Positions 13,133 to 25,616 of a DNA stretch of 58,890 nucleotides are shown one piece after another (within the stretch, counting starts at the first letter, position 1; the number at the start of each line of letters is the position of its first letter). The position numbers were made by a program, and so were the translations under genes. The stretch comes from Octopus bimaculoides. Taxonomy: Eukaryota. The notes under the pieces were generated by a model, which saw only the letters and a list, made by a program, of their open reading frames with translations, had not been told where the DNA came from and ran no database searches. Location of the stretch: contig NC_068990.1 in NCBI RefSeq assembly GCF_001194135.2, forward strand, positions 22,928,020 to 22,986,909, read 5' to 3'.

Positions 13133-13202
13133 TTTGCAGATTTTTACTTATCGCGGGGTGGGTTTGGAATGTAACACCCGTGGTAGTCGAGGGATTACTG
13201 TA
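13133..13202. mobile_element. pogo/Tigger-like DNA transposon terminus
   Basis: ttatcgcggggtgggtttggaatgtaacacccgtggtagtcgagggattactg-TA resembles Tigger/MER-type ends (…CGAGGGATTACTG-TA); recognised from memory. Confidence 0.5.
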
Positions 13203-13267
13203 GTAGCAACTAAGATAAGAATATTAGAATTACTAATCATGTAGAAACAAAATAGAAAGATACTGAC

Positions 13268-13371
13268 CTGAAGCCGTCCATTTCAGTCCGGCTACTACAG
13301 AATGGCGTATAACCATATGGTGCCCCACCCAAGTCTAGATCATACAGCTCTTGCAAATCTGTTCGTACAAT
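13268..13371 (-). CDS. UGGT: UGGT exon (104 nt, phase 0 to phase 2)
   Basis: ttctttcag|ATT GTA CGA...GGC TTC AG|gtcagt encodes [34 protein letters not shown](R). It continues the previous exon in frame and matches the UGGT motif [10 protein letters not shown]. Too short to appear in the ORF track. Confidence 0.96.
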
Positions 13372-14611
13372 CTGAAAGAAAAGAAAGTTTCAAAGAATGA
13401 GTTTATAAGTCATAAGTTATATTAACAACATGTTCAAATTGGCCATATGCAGCCTAAATAGTCTACTTGTTTTATATTCAAACTGACCAGATCCAGCCTT
13501 TCACTCCTACCCTGCAATGTCATTCTAAGAATAAACAATCACATCATCAAAATCTCAAAAACTATGAGATGATGCAGGACTGATTCTGAACAATAAGCAT
13601 TGAATTTGACAGAGAAAATCTCAAATGCTAAAGGGTTAGACTCTTTCTCTCTCTGACACACACAAGCATGTATTTGTCCACATTTGTGAATGTCAGGAGT
13701 TATAATGAGTAATGTCACTTCTGTCGACAAATAATCTGCTCACTTCACGTTTCCCAATACATGGAATAAGAGACCCTTTATTAAGGGTTAGTGACAGGAA
13801 AGGCATATTGAAATATTGATATGATAAAAAACAACAGAGAAGAAACACAAAACAAATGAATGCACACTCATGCATGCATACATACAAAAACAAATGTTTT
13901 AACTGAAGAAGATGATGTCTAAGAGATTACTTTCTTTCTATCCACTGCGTAATGGTCTGAAATGTATGTACTAAATGTATTCAAAAGATTATTTATTTCT
14001 CTTTATTATATAACATCATCATCATCATCATTTAATGTCTGTTTTGCCATGCTGGCATGGGTTCGATGGTTGGACAGGGGCTGGCTAGACAGGGGACTGC
14101 ACCAAATTTCACAGTTTGTATTGGCAGGGTTTTTACAGCTGGTTGCCCTTCCTAACACCAACCACCCGAGAGAGAGAGAGAGAGAGATAGATAGAGAGAG
14201 AGAGAGAGACAGACAGAGACAGAGAGAGAGAGAGACAGACAGAGAGAGAGTGTGTGTGTGAGGACACACAAACAAACACTCACATGCTAATATCGAACAG
14301 TGAGACTGAAAGCTCAATACTGCATTGGTGTATAAATACTCATTTATTTGCAGGCTAACAAGGTTACCAATAGTTTCATACCTAGAATCTTTATACATGA
14401 ACTTACTGGTAGCTTTGTTAACCCACAAATAATGTGTGTGTGTATGTGTGTATATATATACAGACACCTTTAAACTTTTACTCATTTTAGTCAAACAAAT
14501 TGGCCCTGGCGCTTATTTCAGCCTGGTACTTATTTTATTGGTCTCTTTTGTTGGACCGCTAAGTTAGAGAGATGTAAACAAGCTAACAAGTGATGGTGGA
14601 GGACAAACACC

Positions 14612-14651
<40 letters not shown>

Positions 14652-14789
14652 GTGTGTACATGAATCACTGTGTATGTGTGTGTACAAATCACCTTGTTTG
14701 TGTGTGTGTGATAAAGGGAGGGAGAGAGAAGTACTGTGTGTATGTGAGAGGGTGAGAATTGGTGTGTGCGTGAGAGGGAGAGAGAATCA

Positions 14790-14915
14790 CTGTGAATGTG
14801 TGTAGAATCGGTTTGTGTGTGTGTGGAGAATCGGTGCGTATGTGTGGAGAATCGGTGTGTGTGTGTGTGGAGAATTGGTGCGTGTGTGTGTGTGGAGAAT
14901 CGGTGCGTATGTGTG
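14790..14915. repeat. Minisatellite, about 20-26-bp unit gtgtgtggagaatcggtg(c)
   Basis: About five degenerate copies embedded in (TG)n. Confidence 0.8.
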
Positions 14916-15637
14916 AGGGAAAGAGAATTGCTATGTATGTGTGTGAGAGAGAAAAAGTTGCTGTGTGTGTGTGTGAGTAGTGTGTATGAGAGAGAGAGAT
15001 AACCATTTGGTATGTGTTTGAATCATCCTTGTGTGTGCGCGTGTGAGTGAGTGAGAGTGTTTGAATCATCCTGTTGTGTATTTGTATGTATAAACAATAC
15101 AGAAAGAATTATGATGGTTAACGCAGAAAACAAGAAGCCTGATAAGCTACGTGAATATGTTAATAACACCTGTGCCATCTGTAAAGTGAGAAAACAATGG
15201 AGCCTGTCAATAGATCCTCGACTGAAAGGACGGGAGTAGGAAAACACAAGGACCAGAGACACAACAGAACACACACAGACAAGATAGAGACACAACAGAA
15301 AACGCCAATCAATCAATCATCGGGTCAATGAAGCATGGTATTTTGACAAGTTGAATCTAGTTGTAAAATTTCAGTTCCATTGTCGTCGTTTAGAAAGCAT
15401 GCACACAAGCCATTGTGCAGAGTACATGGACGTGAAACTGGTGTCACACGAACTGTCGTGCAGAGAACAACGAAAAAAATTTTTTTAACAAGCTGGTTAA
15501 ATTAATCTTCACAAACAAAAAAAAAAAGAAGAAAAACATTAATGGATTGAAGTGAGATGAAACTTATTAAGAAGAATAAACAATAGCTCAGATCAAACCA
15601 TGTATAAAACAATATAGAAACTATAATTGACAATGTT

Positions 15638-15697
<60 letters not shown>

Positions 15698-15844
15698 CAC
15701 ACATTATAGGTTGGGGAGAAAAAGAAAACATTAAAAGAATACCAAAACAAAAGAAAAAATAATAGCTCTGGTTGGAAAACAATATGCGAGTGTGTGTGTG
15801 TTATATATGAATGTACATACATGTTTTATATAACGCATACAGAT

Positions 15845-15878
<34 letters not shown>

Positions 15879-16030
15879 GTATGTATATCATCATATATAT
15901 ATATATGTGAAGTTTTCCAGCGGTCACATGGGTAACACAGTGTGTGCATATATGTACACACACACACACACACACACACAATATCTGTTTATCTAGGTGA
16001 ATCAACATGTAAGTGTGTGTAACATTACGT

Positions 16031-16081
<51 letters not shown>

Positions 16082-16734
16082 CACACATACATTTGTATGT
16101 GTGTGTAGCTATCTATCTATCCTATTTATAAACACATACACACATATATTAAATGCGTTTATCCAAGGAAACAGACGTGTGTGTGTGTGTGTAAGTGTGT
16201 GCCATGTCAGGTTGAAGAGAAAATTGCAAACTTGTGCAATCAGCCTGAAAAAAATATATTTCAACACAGACCTGCTTTTATTGATTGAAATAATAGCCAT
16301 TAGAATCTACACATAATGTCAAAATAACAAACATAGGGATTTATTCTGTCTGCAATAGAATTTCCAAATCCCAAAAACTGATGACTTCTTTGAAGGCATT
16401 CTGACATGCTGCTTCCTAGACACACACACACACACACACAGACGCATACTAATATCAAACAGTGAAAATGAGTGCTTAACACTGCATTGGTGGATAAATA
16501 CTCTTTTTTTTTTGTGGATTAGCAAGGTTACCAATGGTTTCATGCATGATCATTCTTTACAGTTGTTCAAGTATGGCACATGCAAACACTGGTACTCATC
16601 GCCATTTTGGATGAGAAAAGAGACTGGAGATGAGAAGTCTTGGGAGAAAGCCGGCCAAAGTAGTTTCGTAGCTTACTGCAGTTATTTCAGTGGAGAGGAA
16701 TTGGTCCTTTTTTTATGGATTCATAATCTTACTT

Positions 16735-16861
16735 CAGGGTGTCCACAAGGTCTGGGTACATGGAGTAAATAAAATCATAACATAAACAATTAAATATAAG
16801 AAATAATTATTTCTGAAAGTATGTGTTAATCCCCGAGTACCCAGACTTTGTGGACACCCTG
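16735..16861. mobile_element. 127-bp Tc1/mariner-type MITE
   Basis: 25-bp TIRs with one mismatch: cagggtgtccacaaggtctgggtac and gtacccagactttgtggacaccctg; TA on the right flank. A similar GGACACCCTG end occurs at about 44103-44112. Confidence 0.8.
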
Positions 16862-17689
16862 TATAATGAGTGTTATGTCCAGCTGTCTGTCTTTTCCCTT
16901 TTCACAGTCAAACGTCTGGACCAATGGTCACAATGTTTTTCGGGATTACGAAGAAGATAATCAGGAAGGTTATTAGCAAACAAAAAAACGAAAAAAGTGA
17001 AAAAGTATGATTATTTAGTAGATATTAAGGGTAATTGTTCAGTTTATAGGTGTAAAAAAAATTAAATAGGAATTAAGGAGGAGATAACTAATAAAAGTAG
17101 CAAAGGGAAGCAAGTCAGCTTAATTTTAATTCTGCATACACAACTGATACAGCATTCAAACAGTGAACAGATATTTTATTCTTCTCCACTGAATTATGCT
17201 ATATAAATTCGTGCAAATATGAAACAAATGAAGCCTCTAAAGTGCTGAATTGACAGCGTAATTTGTGTTTAACACACATCCATGTTTCCCATATTTTCTT
17301 CATATACAATCACCTAAGTGTATGTACCACCATTTAAAATTCCACTATTATGGTATGATCAATGGCCATCTTCTAACTATGTGACTTCCGTGCAGAATTC
17401 ACCACTGAATTAATGCTGTGAAAGTCTGCTCAGGACAATCAGGTACTTTCACTAAGAAACATTTCTTAGAAACTTTCTCTATTCTGCTGAAGACCCACTC
17501 ACCCTTAATTTTTATATTCTTTTTTAATCCCGTAAAGTGAACAATTACCGATATTGAGTTTTGTATTAGTAAATCACCTTTGACTTTTTTTTGTTAAAAT
17601 TCGGGCGATGAGGATTAACTCTGGATTTCTACCCAGTATTGCTCATGTATAGATAGTTCAAATTTGTGATACTCTCCTTTTATTTCCCA

Positions 17690-17901
17690 TTGTAGAAGAG
17701 CATATTCCTAAAGATTCCGCTCACGCATTCACAGCAAACAAGGCACAAGGCCAGACTTTAGATCGTGTAGGTGTATTTTGACCCACTCCGATGTTTACAC
17801 ACAGTCAGTTATATGTTGCTATGAGTAGAGCAACAGACTCCAGTAATGTGAAAATTAGTGTCAACCAAACAGAAAATATCATCTACAAAGAAGTTTTGTA
17901 A
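17690..17901 (+). mobile_element. Helitron Pif1-like helicase C-terminal relic
   Basis: Frame from 17701 reads ...AHAFTANKAQGQTLDRVGVF*PTPMFTHSQLYVAMSRATDSSNVKISVNQTENIIYKEVL*. This matches the Helitron Rep/Hel ending AxTINKSQGQTL..VG..L..PVFSHGQLYVA.SR...TxNIVYKEVL, with one internal stop. Confidence 0.85.
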
Positions 17902-18132
17902 TCATATTGCTATTATCGAAAGGAATATGATTCATAATTTAAATAAGGAAATGTGTGAACTTTGAATGTAAAAGAGTATAAACAAGTGTAAAATAGTTAG
18001 TGTAGACAACTAAAATACAAGTATATCTAAATAACATTTTTTCTTAATACTTTTTACGTAGTGGCTGCAGGCTAATGACTGAAAAACACAAAAATTAAAA
18101 GAGGAAAAATCCAAATATTTTGAATGCATTCA

Positions 18133-18554
18133 ATCACAATAATGGCTCTCAACTGCTTGTTGATGGATCATCCATGAAGTTTCTGTATCATCAAGGGTCT
18201 CGCTACAACTGCATAAGTTTTGGAACCAGCATTTAGCTGTACAAATGCCGTCACTCCACTTGCTAGCCAAATGATTGCTTAATTATTGCAAGCTGTCTTC
18301 TCTGATTAGCATTCCATTTTAAACTCTTCAAATAAATCGCTCAAATCTGTTTCCTTTCCACCACCATCTAAAATTTGACAGCCGAAAATAAACCAAAATA
18401 AACAATGAAAGTGCTACTATTACCATAAACCAACAGACTGAGATTTGTTCTTCAAAACAGTAGTATTACATGAATATTTCCACCCCACACAAAAAAAGCA
18501 CCAGAGTTTAAAATAATAAATAAGAGATGCAATTATTTTGGCACCGAGTTAATA
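18133..18554 (-). mobile_element. Mariner (Hsmar1/cecropia-like) 5' fragment: TIR plus N-terminal HTH of transposase, decayed
   Basis: TIR-like tattaactcggtgccaaaataattgcat at 18527-18554, ending in TA. From the ATG at 18367 it reads MVVERKQI*AIYL/EFKMEC*SEKTACN/KQSFG...TAKCWFQNLCSCSETLDDTE.../NKQLRAII. From memory, Hsmar1 reads MMLDKKQIRAIFLFEFKMG...TVQWWFKKFCKGDESLEDEE...DNDQLRAII. Confidence 0.8.
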
Positions 18555-18576
18555 TAAACATACACGCACACAGACC

Positions 18577-18652
<76 letters not shown>

Positions 18653-19501
18653 NNNNNNNNNNNNNNNNNNNNNNNNNNNNNNNNNNNNNNNNNNNNNNNN
18701 NNNNNNNNNNNNNNNNNNNNNNNNNNNNNNNNNNNNNNNNNNNNNNNNNNNNNNNNNNNNNNNNNNNNNNNNNNNNNNNNNNNNNNNNNNNNNNNNNNNN
18801 NNNNNNNNNNNNNNNNNNNNNNNNNNNNNNNNNNNNNNNNNNNNNNNNNNNNNNNNNNNNNNNNNNNNNNNNNNNNNNNNNNNNNNNNNNNNNNNNNNNN
18901 NNNNNNNNNNNNNNNNNNNNNNNNNNNNNNNNNNNNNNNNNNNNNNNNNNNNNNNNNNNNNNNNNNNNNNNNNNNNNNNNNNNNNNNNNNNNNNNNNNNN
19001 NNNNNNNNNNNNNNNNNNNNNNNNNNNNNNNNNNNNNNNNNNNNNNNNNNNNNNNNNNNNNNNNNNNNNNNNNNNNNNNNNNNNNNNNNNNNNNNNNNNN
19101 NNNNNNNNNNNNNNNNNNNNNNNNNNNNNNNNNNNNNNNNNNNNNNNNNNNNNNNNNNNNNNNNNNNNNNNNNNNNNNNNNNNNNNNNNNNNNNNNNNNN
19201 NNNNNNNNNNNNNNNNNNNNNNNNNNNNNNNNNNNNNNNNNNNNNNNNNNNNNNNNNNNNNNNNNNNNNNNNNNNNNNNNNNNNNNNNNNNNNNNNNNNN
19301 NNNNNNNNNNNNNNNNNNNNNNNNNNNNNNTATATATATTCACTATGAGGATATTCAGACCTCTTATAGAGATATTTTTATCCAAGATACACTGGTTTAA
19401 CATATTGTATTTTGAAGAGATATTTCTTCAAAGAATATATTATATAAAATATCATAAAATATCAAATATTATTAAGTTTGAAAATGAAGGAATCTAATGG
19501 T

Positions 19502-19796
19502 TACAAATTAATTTATTAGTTAATTAATTAACATCTTCACCTACAATTGTTTCATTTCTCAACCAAAATTAAAGCTACAAAACGTACATAAATATATAAT
19601 CTTGCATTTTAAAATACTTTGGGTGGAAAATCATCAAGGTGTACAAAAGGACAATACAAGGATTACATTATGATTTCCCACCCCAGGTATTTTAAAATGC
19701 ATGATTATATATCTATATGTTTTGTAGTTTCAATTTTGGTTGAGAAACAAAACAATTGTAGATCAAGATGTTAATTGATTAATAAATTAATTTGTA
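19502..19796. repeat. AT-rich foldback element (about 130-bp imperfect arms), MITE-like
   Basis: tacaaattaatttattag...ctacaattgttt...ttctcaaccaaaatt...gcattttaaaatac...gggtgg pairs with ccaccc...gtattttaaaatgc...aattttggttgagaa...aaacaattgtag...taataaattaatttgta. Confidence 0.85.
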
Positions 19797-20624
19797 TCCA
19801 TTAGATCTCTCTGTTTTCAAACTTAAAAATTATTTATGTATGTGTTCTTTCCTTCTAGTGGTTATGATGATGACTGTTCCAGTTGATACAATCAACCGAA
19901 CAGCCTGCTTGTGAAATTAATGTGCAAATGGCTGAGCACTTCACAGATACAAACACCCTTAACATAGTTCTCTGTGAGATTCAGCAATGATACAATAGTG
20001 TGACAAGACTGGTCCTCTGAATCACAGGCACAACACATTTTTGCCAGCTGAATGAACTGAAGCAATGTGAAATAGAGTGTCTTGCTCAAGAACACAATGA
20101 ATCAAACCCATGACCTTCTATTTTTTACATACTTTGGTCATTGGGCTGTGGTGTTGCTGGGACACCACAATGAAGAGTTTAGTCAAATAAATTGACACCA
20201 GGACTTATTTTTTAAGCCTGGCACTTATATTGGTCTCTCTTGTTGAACTACTAAGTTAAGGGCAGATAAGCAAATCAACACTAGTTATCAAGTGATGGTA
20301 GTGACAAATATACACACACATATATTCATATATGTGTGTATTAAGTTAAATTGTTGAGTATTAATTGAAACAGCTCTAAGAAGCAAAGATGACCAATTTG
20401 TTGTTAACAATAAACAATTATTAACTTCCTAATCTCCATTTTCTTTTCGTCTTTTAAATGGATATGAAGGAATGGTTATAATTTACTTACTGAATTTATT
20501 TATCAATACATTTTTACATCTTTTAATTTGCATTACTTTCCCAATTGTAACACAAATAAAATGAACCAATCATCTTTTTAATTTTTCTTCTCCATTTTCT
20601 TTTACTGACCTTTTAATTATCTAT

Positions 20625-20660
<36 letters not shown>

Positions 20661-21137
20661 NNNNNNNNNNNNNNNNNNNNNNNNNNNNNNNNNNNNNNNN
20701 NNNNNNNNNNNNNNNNNNNNNNNNNNNNNNNNNNNNNNNNNNNNNNNNNNNNNNNNNNNNNNNNNNNNNNNNNNNNNNNNNNNNNNNNNNNNNNNNNNNN
20801 NNNNNNNNNNNNNNNNNNNNNNNNNNNNNNNNNNNNNNNNNNNNNNNNNNNNNNNNNNNNNNNNNNNNNNNNNNNNNNNNNNNNNNNNNNNNNNNNNNNN
20901 NNNNNNNNNNNNNNNNNNNNNNNNNNNNNNNNNNNNNNNNNNNNNNNNNNNNNNNNNNNNNNNNNNNNNNNNNNNNNNNNNNNNNNNNNNNNNNNNNNNN
21001 NNNNNNNNNNNNNNNNNNNNNNNNNNNNNNNNNNNNNNNNNNNNNNNNNNNNNNNNNNNNNNNNNNNNNNNNNNNNNNNNNNNNNNNNNNNNNNNNNNNN
21101 NNNNNNNNNNNNNNNNNNNNNNNNNTAGCTGTTAAAG

Positions 21138-21778
21138 CAGTGGTCCTCCACTGGGGTCCATATAACATTTTGTTGTTGAAAATTAGGTGCAATATGTTGG
21201 TTATACTTCTACAACACAAAATATTTTGTCAATTGTTTAATACAGTTTCTAATAATATTATAAAAGTATAATTTTGTTTTTACTGGTTTCGATCATTAGA
21301 CTGTGGCCTTGCTGGGGCACTGCCTCGAAGAATTTTCAGTTGAATGAATCGACCCCAGCATTTTTTTGTTTTCTTTTTAAGCTTGGTACTGTTTCTAGTG
21401 ATCTCTTTTGTTGAACTGCTAAGTTATGGGGATGTAAACACACCAACACCAGCTACCAAGCAGAGTGGGGAACCAACACAAAGACACACACACACACACA
21501 TCTATACAGAAAGGCTTCTTTCAGTTTCTGTCAAGCAAATCCACTCACAAACCTTTGGTTTGGTCTGAGGCTATAGTAGAAGAGACTTGCCCAAAGGTGC
21601 CACTAAGAAGGACCGAACCCAGAACCATTTGGTTGGGAAGCAAGCTTCTAACCACTCAGCCATGCCTGCGCCTATAATGGAATTTGTTTTTTAAAACATC
21701 AAATGTCTAAGGGGGTCCAGTAGAGTAAAAGAGGAATCAAAGGGATCCACAGGTAGAAAATGGCTGGGAATCCCAATG
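21138..21778. mobile_element. Possible hAT-type MITE interrupted by a SINE (21284-21676)
   Basis: Left end cagtggtcctccactggggtccat; right part ggggtccag...gggatccacagg...ggctgggaatcccaatg. The TIR match is poor. Confidence 0.3.
21284..21676 (-). mobile_element. SINE family A copy
   Basis: Same head, body and tail blocks (ggctatagtagaag..acttgcccaa; gctaagttatggggatgtaaacacacc). Confidence 0.8.
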
Positions 21779-22667
21779 CTTAAGTGTATTCTGAAGGAAA
21801 TTTTCTCAGCTATTTCTAACAGCTCAGGAGGCCATGTAAGAGCCTCCTTCATTAGCTCAGAAAGAACATCTTAACGAAGCTCGTGTATTTTATTGCAAAC
21901 TTAACTGTATTTCTTGCAGAAAGAAACACTGAAGGCATAATTAGTACAAAATGGAAATATCTGCTTATGGATCTAATGCAGAGAGAAAGGAGGGGATCGT
22001 AAACATAGGTGGTGGAAGGGATGGGTTGGTGGGGTGAATCAATCTAACTATCTTTTGCTGTTACAAGGGGTTTCAGTAGAGACAAAGGGAAGACTACAAA
22101 CACAACGGGAGACTTAGTTAGCACTGAGCCAAAAAAAAAAAAAAATCTTAACCATAAATACCAATAAGTGACTTAATTAAAACGACATGTTCTATTCTTG
22201 CCAAAGTGTTATGCTATCATTTGCTGATTCGTGTGTTATCAGTAAACAGTCTGAATAAACACAGAATGGTAAGAATGGTAACAATTAGAAGAGAGTAAAG
22301 AGTTTAAGATAACAATACGGAGTGTTTACAACAGAGTCTTGATATCAGGATGCAGTGAAATGATTCTCCATCATCACCAATATCTCGTTAGTGTCTCAAA
22401 AGAAATCAACACCCAATGGTGGAAGAATTTTCTTTTCTTCATGTTTTGCAATTTTTCTTTAAATTTAAAAACATTTTTGTTTATTTATTTAATTATTTTC
22501 TGTAAATGATAAATAAACCAAAATCTACAAAACAAGTCAGCCAAAACAAAATGATGTTTTTCCTTAACGATTTTAATTACCAGTGAGTCACTTATTTCCT
22601 CACTATTCTCTTTTTTATTTTTCAGTCACAAATTAAGAGTAGGAAAAAATAATGTATATACATATAT

Positions 22668-23314
22668 ATAGGTGCAGGTGTGGTTGTGTGGTAAGAAGCT
22701 TGCTTCTCAACTACATGGTTCCGGGTTCAGTCCCAGCGTGTGGTACTTTGGGTAAGTGCCTGTTTTTATTATAGCTTTGGACTAACTAAAGCCTTGTGAA
22801 TGGATTTGGTAGATGGAAACTACAAGAATCCGAGATGGCAGAAACGTTAGCACGCCGGGCGAAATGCTTAGTGGTATTTTGTCTGCCGTTACATTCTGAG
22901 TTCAAATTCTGCCGAGGTCAACTTTGCCTTTCATCCTTTCGGGGTCGATAAATTAAGTACCAGTTATGCACTGGGGTCGATGTAATCGACTTAATCCCTT
23001 TGTCTATTCTTGTTTGTCCCCTCTTTGTGTAGTCCCTTGTGGGCAATAAAGAAATAGGAAACTACAAGAAGCTTGTTGTATAATTATCTATGTGCGCGTG
23101 TGTATTTGTTTCTGTGTTTGTTTTTCACCACCACTTGAAAACAGGTGTTGGTGTGTTTACATCCCTGTAACCTAGTGGTTCAACAAAAAGAGTCAATAAA
23201 ATAAGTAGTAGGCTTAAAGAAATAAGTATCAGGGTTGATTTGTTTGATTAAAAATTCTTCAAGTCCGGCACCCCAGCATGGCCACAGTCTAATGACTGAA
23301 ACAGGTAAAAGATA
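22668..23314 (+). mobile_element. SINE family A copy containing a nested family B SINE (22829-23056)
   Basis: Family A sequence is interrupted by family B, flanked by a perfect 14-bp duplication ggaaactacaagaa (22815-22828 and 23057-23070). Confidence 0.85.
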
Positions 23315-23689
23315 AATAATAATGACTTGTAGGCCCATGATATTTCATTATGCAACCATAATATACTATTAAAGTATATTAAACGCTTTTATAAGTCAAT
23401 ACTGTGTACTTCTGTGTTAGCAGTGCCATTACATCACTTGTTAAGGTCATCTCTTCAGATTTTCTATAGAAATTATAGCCAGCACTGGATTTGTTAAATT
23501 TCATGTCTGAGATGTCACATGTAAACGAACAATGAGAAAGAAGATGAAAAAATGGGTAATGGGCATATATGCCATATTTTGGGAGATTTTACTCCTTCAT
23601 CAGCACCCATCCAACTCATTTAATCATACACTCATTACCCATCTTTTCATCTTCGATCTCATTATTTGTTTGCCTGTGATATCTTGAAT

Positions 23690-24081
23690 ATGCTTGCTTC
23701 CCAACTACATGGTTCTGGGTTCAGTCCCATTTCATGGCACCCTGGACAAGTGCCTTCTACTGTAGCCTCAAGCCAAATGAAGCCTTGTGAGTGGATTTGG
23801 TAGATGGAAACTGAAAGAATCCCATCATATTCATATGTTTGTGTGGTGAGTGCGTGTGTGTATCTATGTGTGTGTGTCTTTGTGTCTGTGTTTGTCACCC
23901 CACCCATCACTGCTTGACAACCAGTGTTGGTGTGTTTACGTCCCCGTAACTTAGTGGTTTGACAAAAGAGACCGATAAAATAAGTACCAGGCTTCAAAAA
24001 TAAGTCCTGGGGCTGATTCATTCAAGGCAGTGCCCCAGCATGGCCGCGGTCTAATAACTGAAGCGAGTAAAAGTGATAAAA
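23690..24081 (+). mobile_element. SINE family A copy (slightly 5' truncated)
   Basis: gcttgcttcccaactacatggttctgggttcagtccc...gtgccccagcatggccgcggtctaataactgaagc. Confidence 0.8.
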
Positions 24082-24997
24082 GAGTATATGCAAACATGCT
24101 TCAGCACATATATACATATATACTTTATATACACACAAACATACAGACACACACACACACACATATGACCCCCACTGCCACCCCCATTGATGTTACCTTC
24201 ATTCCAATGAGTGCTTTGCTTCTAGGTTAGAAATAAACCCTTACCCAATTGGTGAGAAATTCAAAAAAATTAAACCAGAGAAATATATATATATACCACA
24301 CACACACACACACACACACACATTCACACATACAATCACACAGATGCGTGTGGGTAAGTGTGTGTAAGTATGTGTGTGTATATGCACATGCAGGTATGTG
24401 TGCGTGTGTATATGTATGAATACTCGCGCGCATGCCTAGGATATTTTTTTTGCATGTAAAGCTATATTGCTTCCAGAGTAATTTTAATTTCAAACTCACC
24501 TGCAAATGGTAGGGAGGACAGATGGAAGAACAAATTTATTTTATCAACATCAGAAACCACGCTTTCTTCCTTTTCCAAAAAACACCAATAAGATTACAAG
24601 TGAAAATTCCTCGAAAACATTTCCCAAAACTCAGAAATATACTTTGCTCATGAGGTTTAAAAACACAACAGTCTTAAGGCCATATAACTCGGAAATATCT
24701 TCAACAAACATAAAATAAACATTTATTCCTATTCATTTTATCCTTCTAACTCTGGAACTTCCAAATCACTGCCAACTATCAGCTTAAATTTAGAAATTAC
24801 AAGAATCTGAAATACTGACAGGCTCTTTTTAATTTTATTTCTTTTTCATAGGTGTAGCTGTGTGGTAAGTAGCTTGCTTCCCAACCACAAAATTCCGGTT
24901 TCAGTCCCACTGCATCTTCTCAAACAGCCTTCGGCCAACTAGAGCGTTGTGAGTGGATTTGGTAGGCAGAAACTGGAAAAAGCTTGTCATATATACA

Positions 24998-25034
<37 letters not shown>

Positions 25035-25616
25035 NNNNNNNNNNCATATGATAATAATATTAGGGAAAAAATTCCAAATTTACAGGGAAAATTCAATTTA
25101 ATTTATCAAAAATTAAATTTTACAATATATAATATATAAATATATAATTTAGAGAAAAAAAACACAATTATTCAATTCATCCATGAAAATCCACAATCAC
25201 ATATAGAAAATTTTATAAAAGTAATAAATATTAATTATTTTAATATTTAATATTTATTACTTTGTACTTTTCAGTCAAATAACTCCTAATAACGAATAAA
25301 ATCCATAAAACTACACTAATAAACATTTTCCATATATATATATACATATATACACATACATTTACAGGGGTTGGACATCATCATCAACATTATCATCGTT
25401 TAACGTCTGCCTTACATGCTAGCATGGGTTGGACGATTTGACTGAGGACTGGCGAACCAGAAGGCTGCAACAGGCTCCAATCTGATCTGGCAGAGTTCGA
25501 TTGTAGTCGTGGCCAATGACGGTGTCACATAACTAGCACGTCAAAGCACCCATTGCAGTCTTGGAGTGGTTGGCATTAGGAAGATCATCCAGTCATAGAA
25601 ACCATGCCAAAACTAT

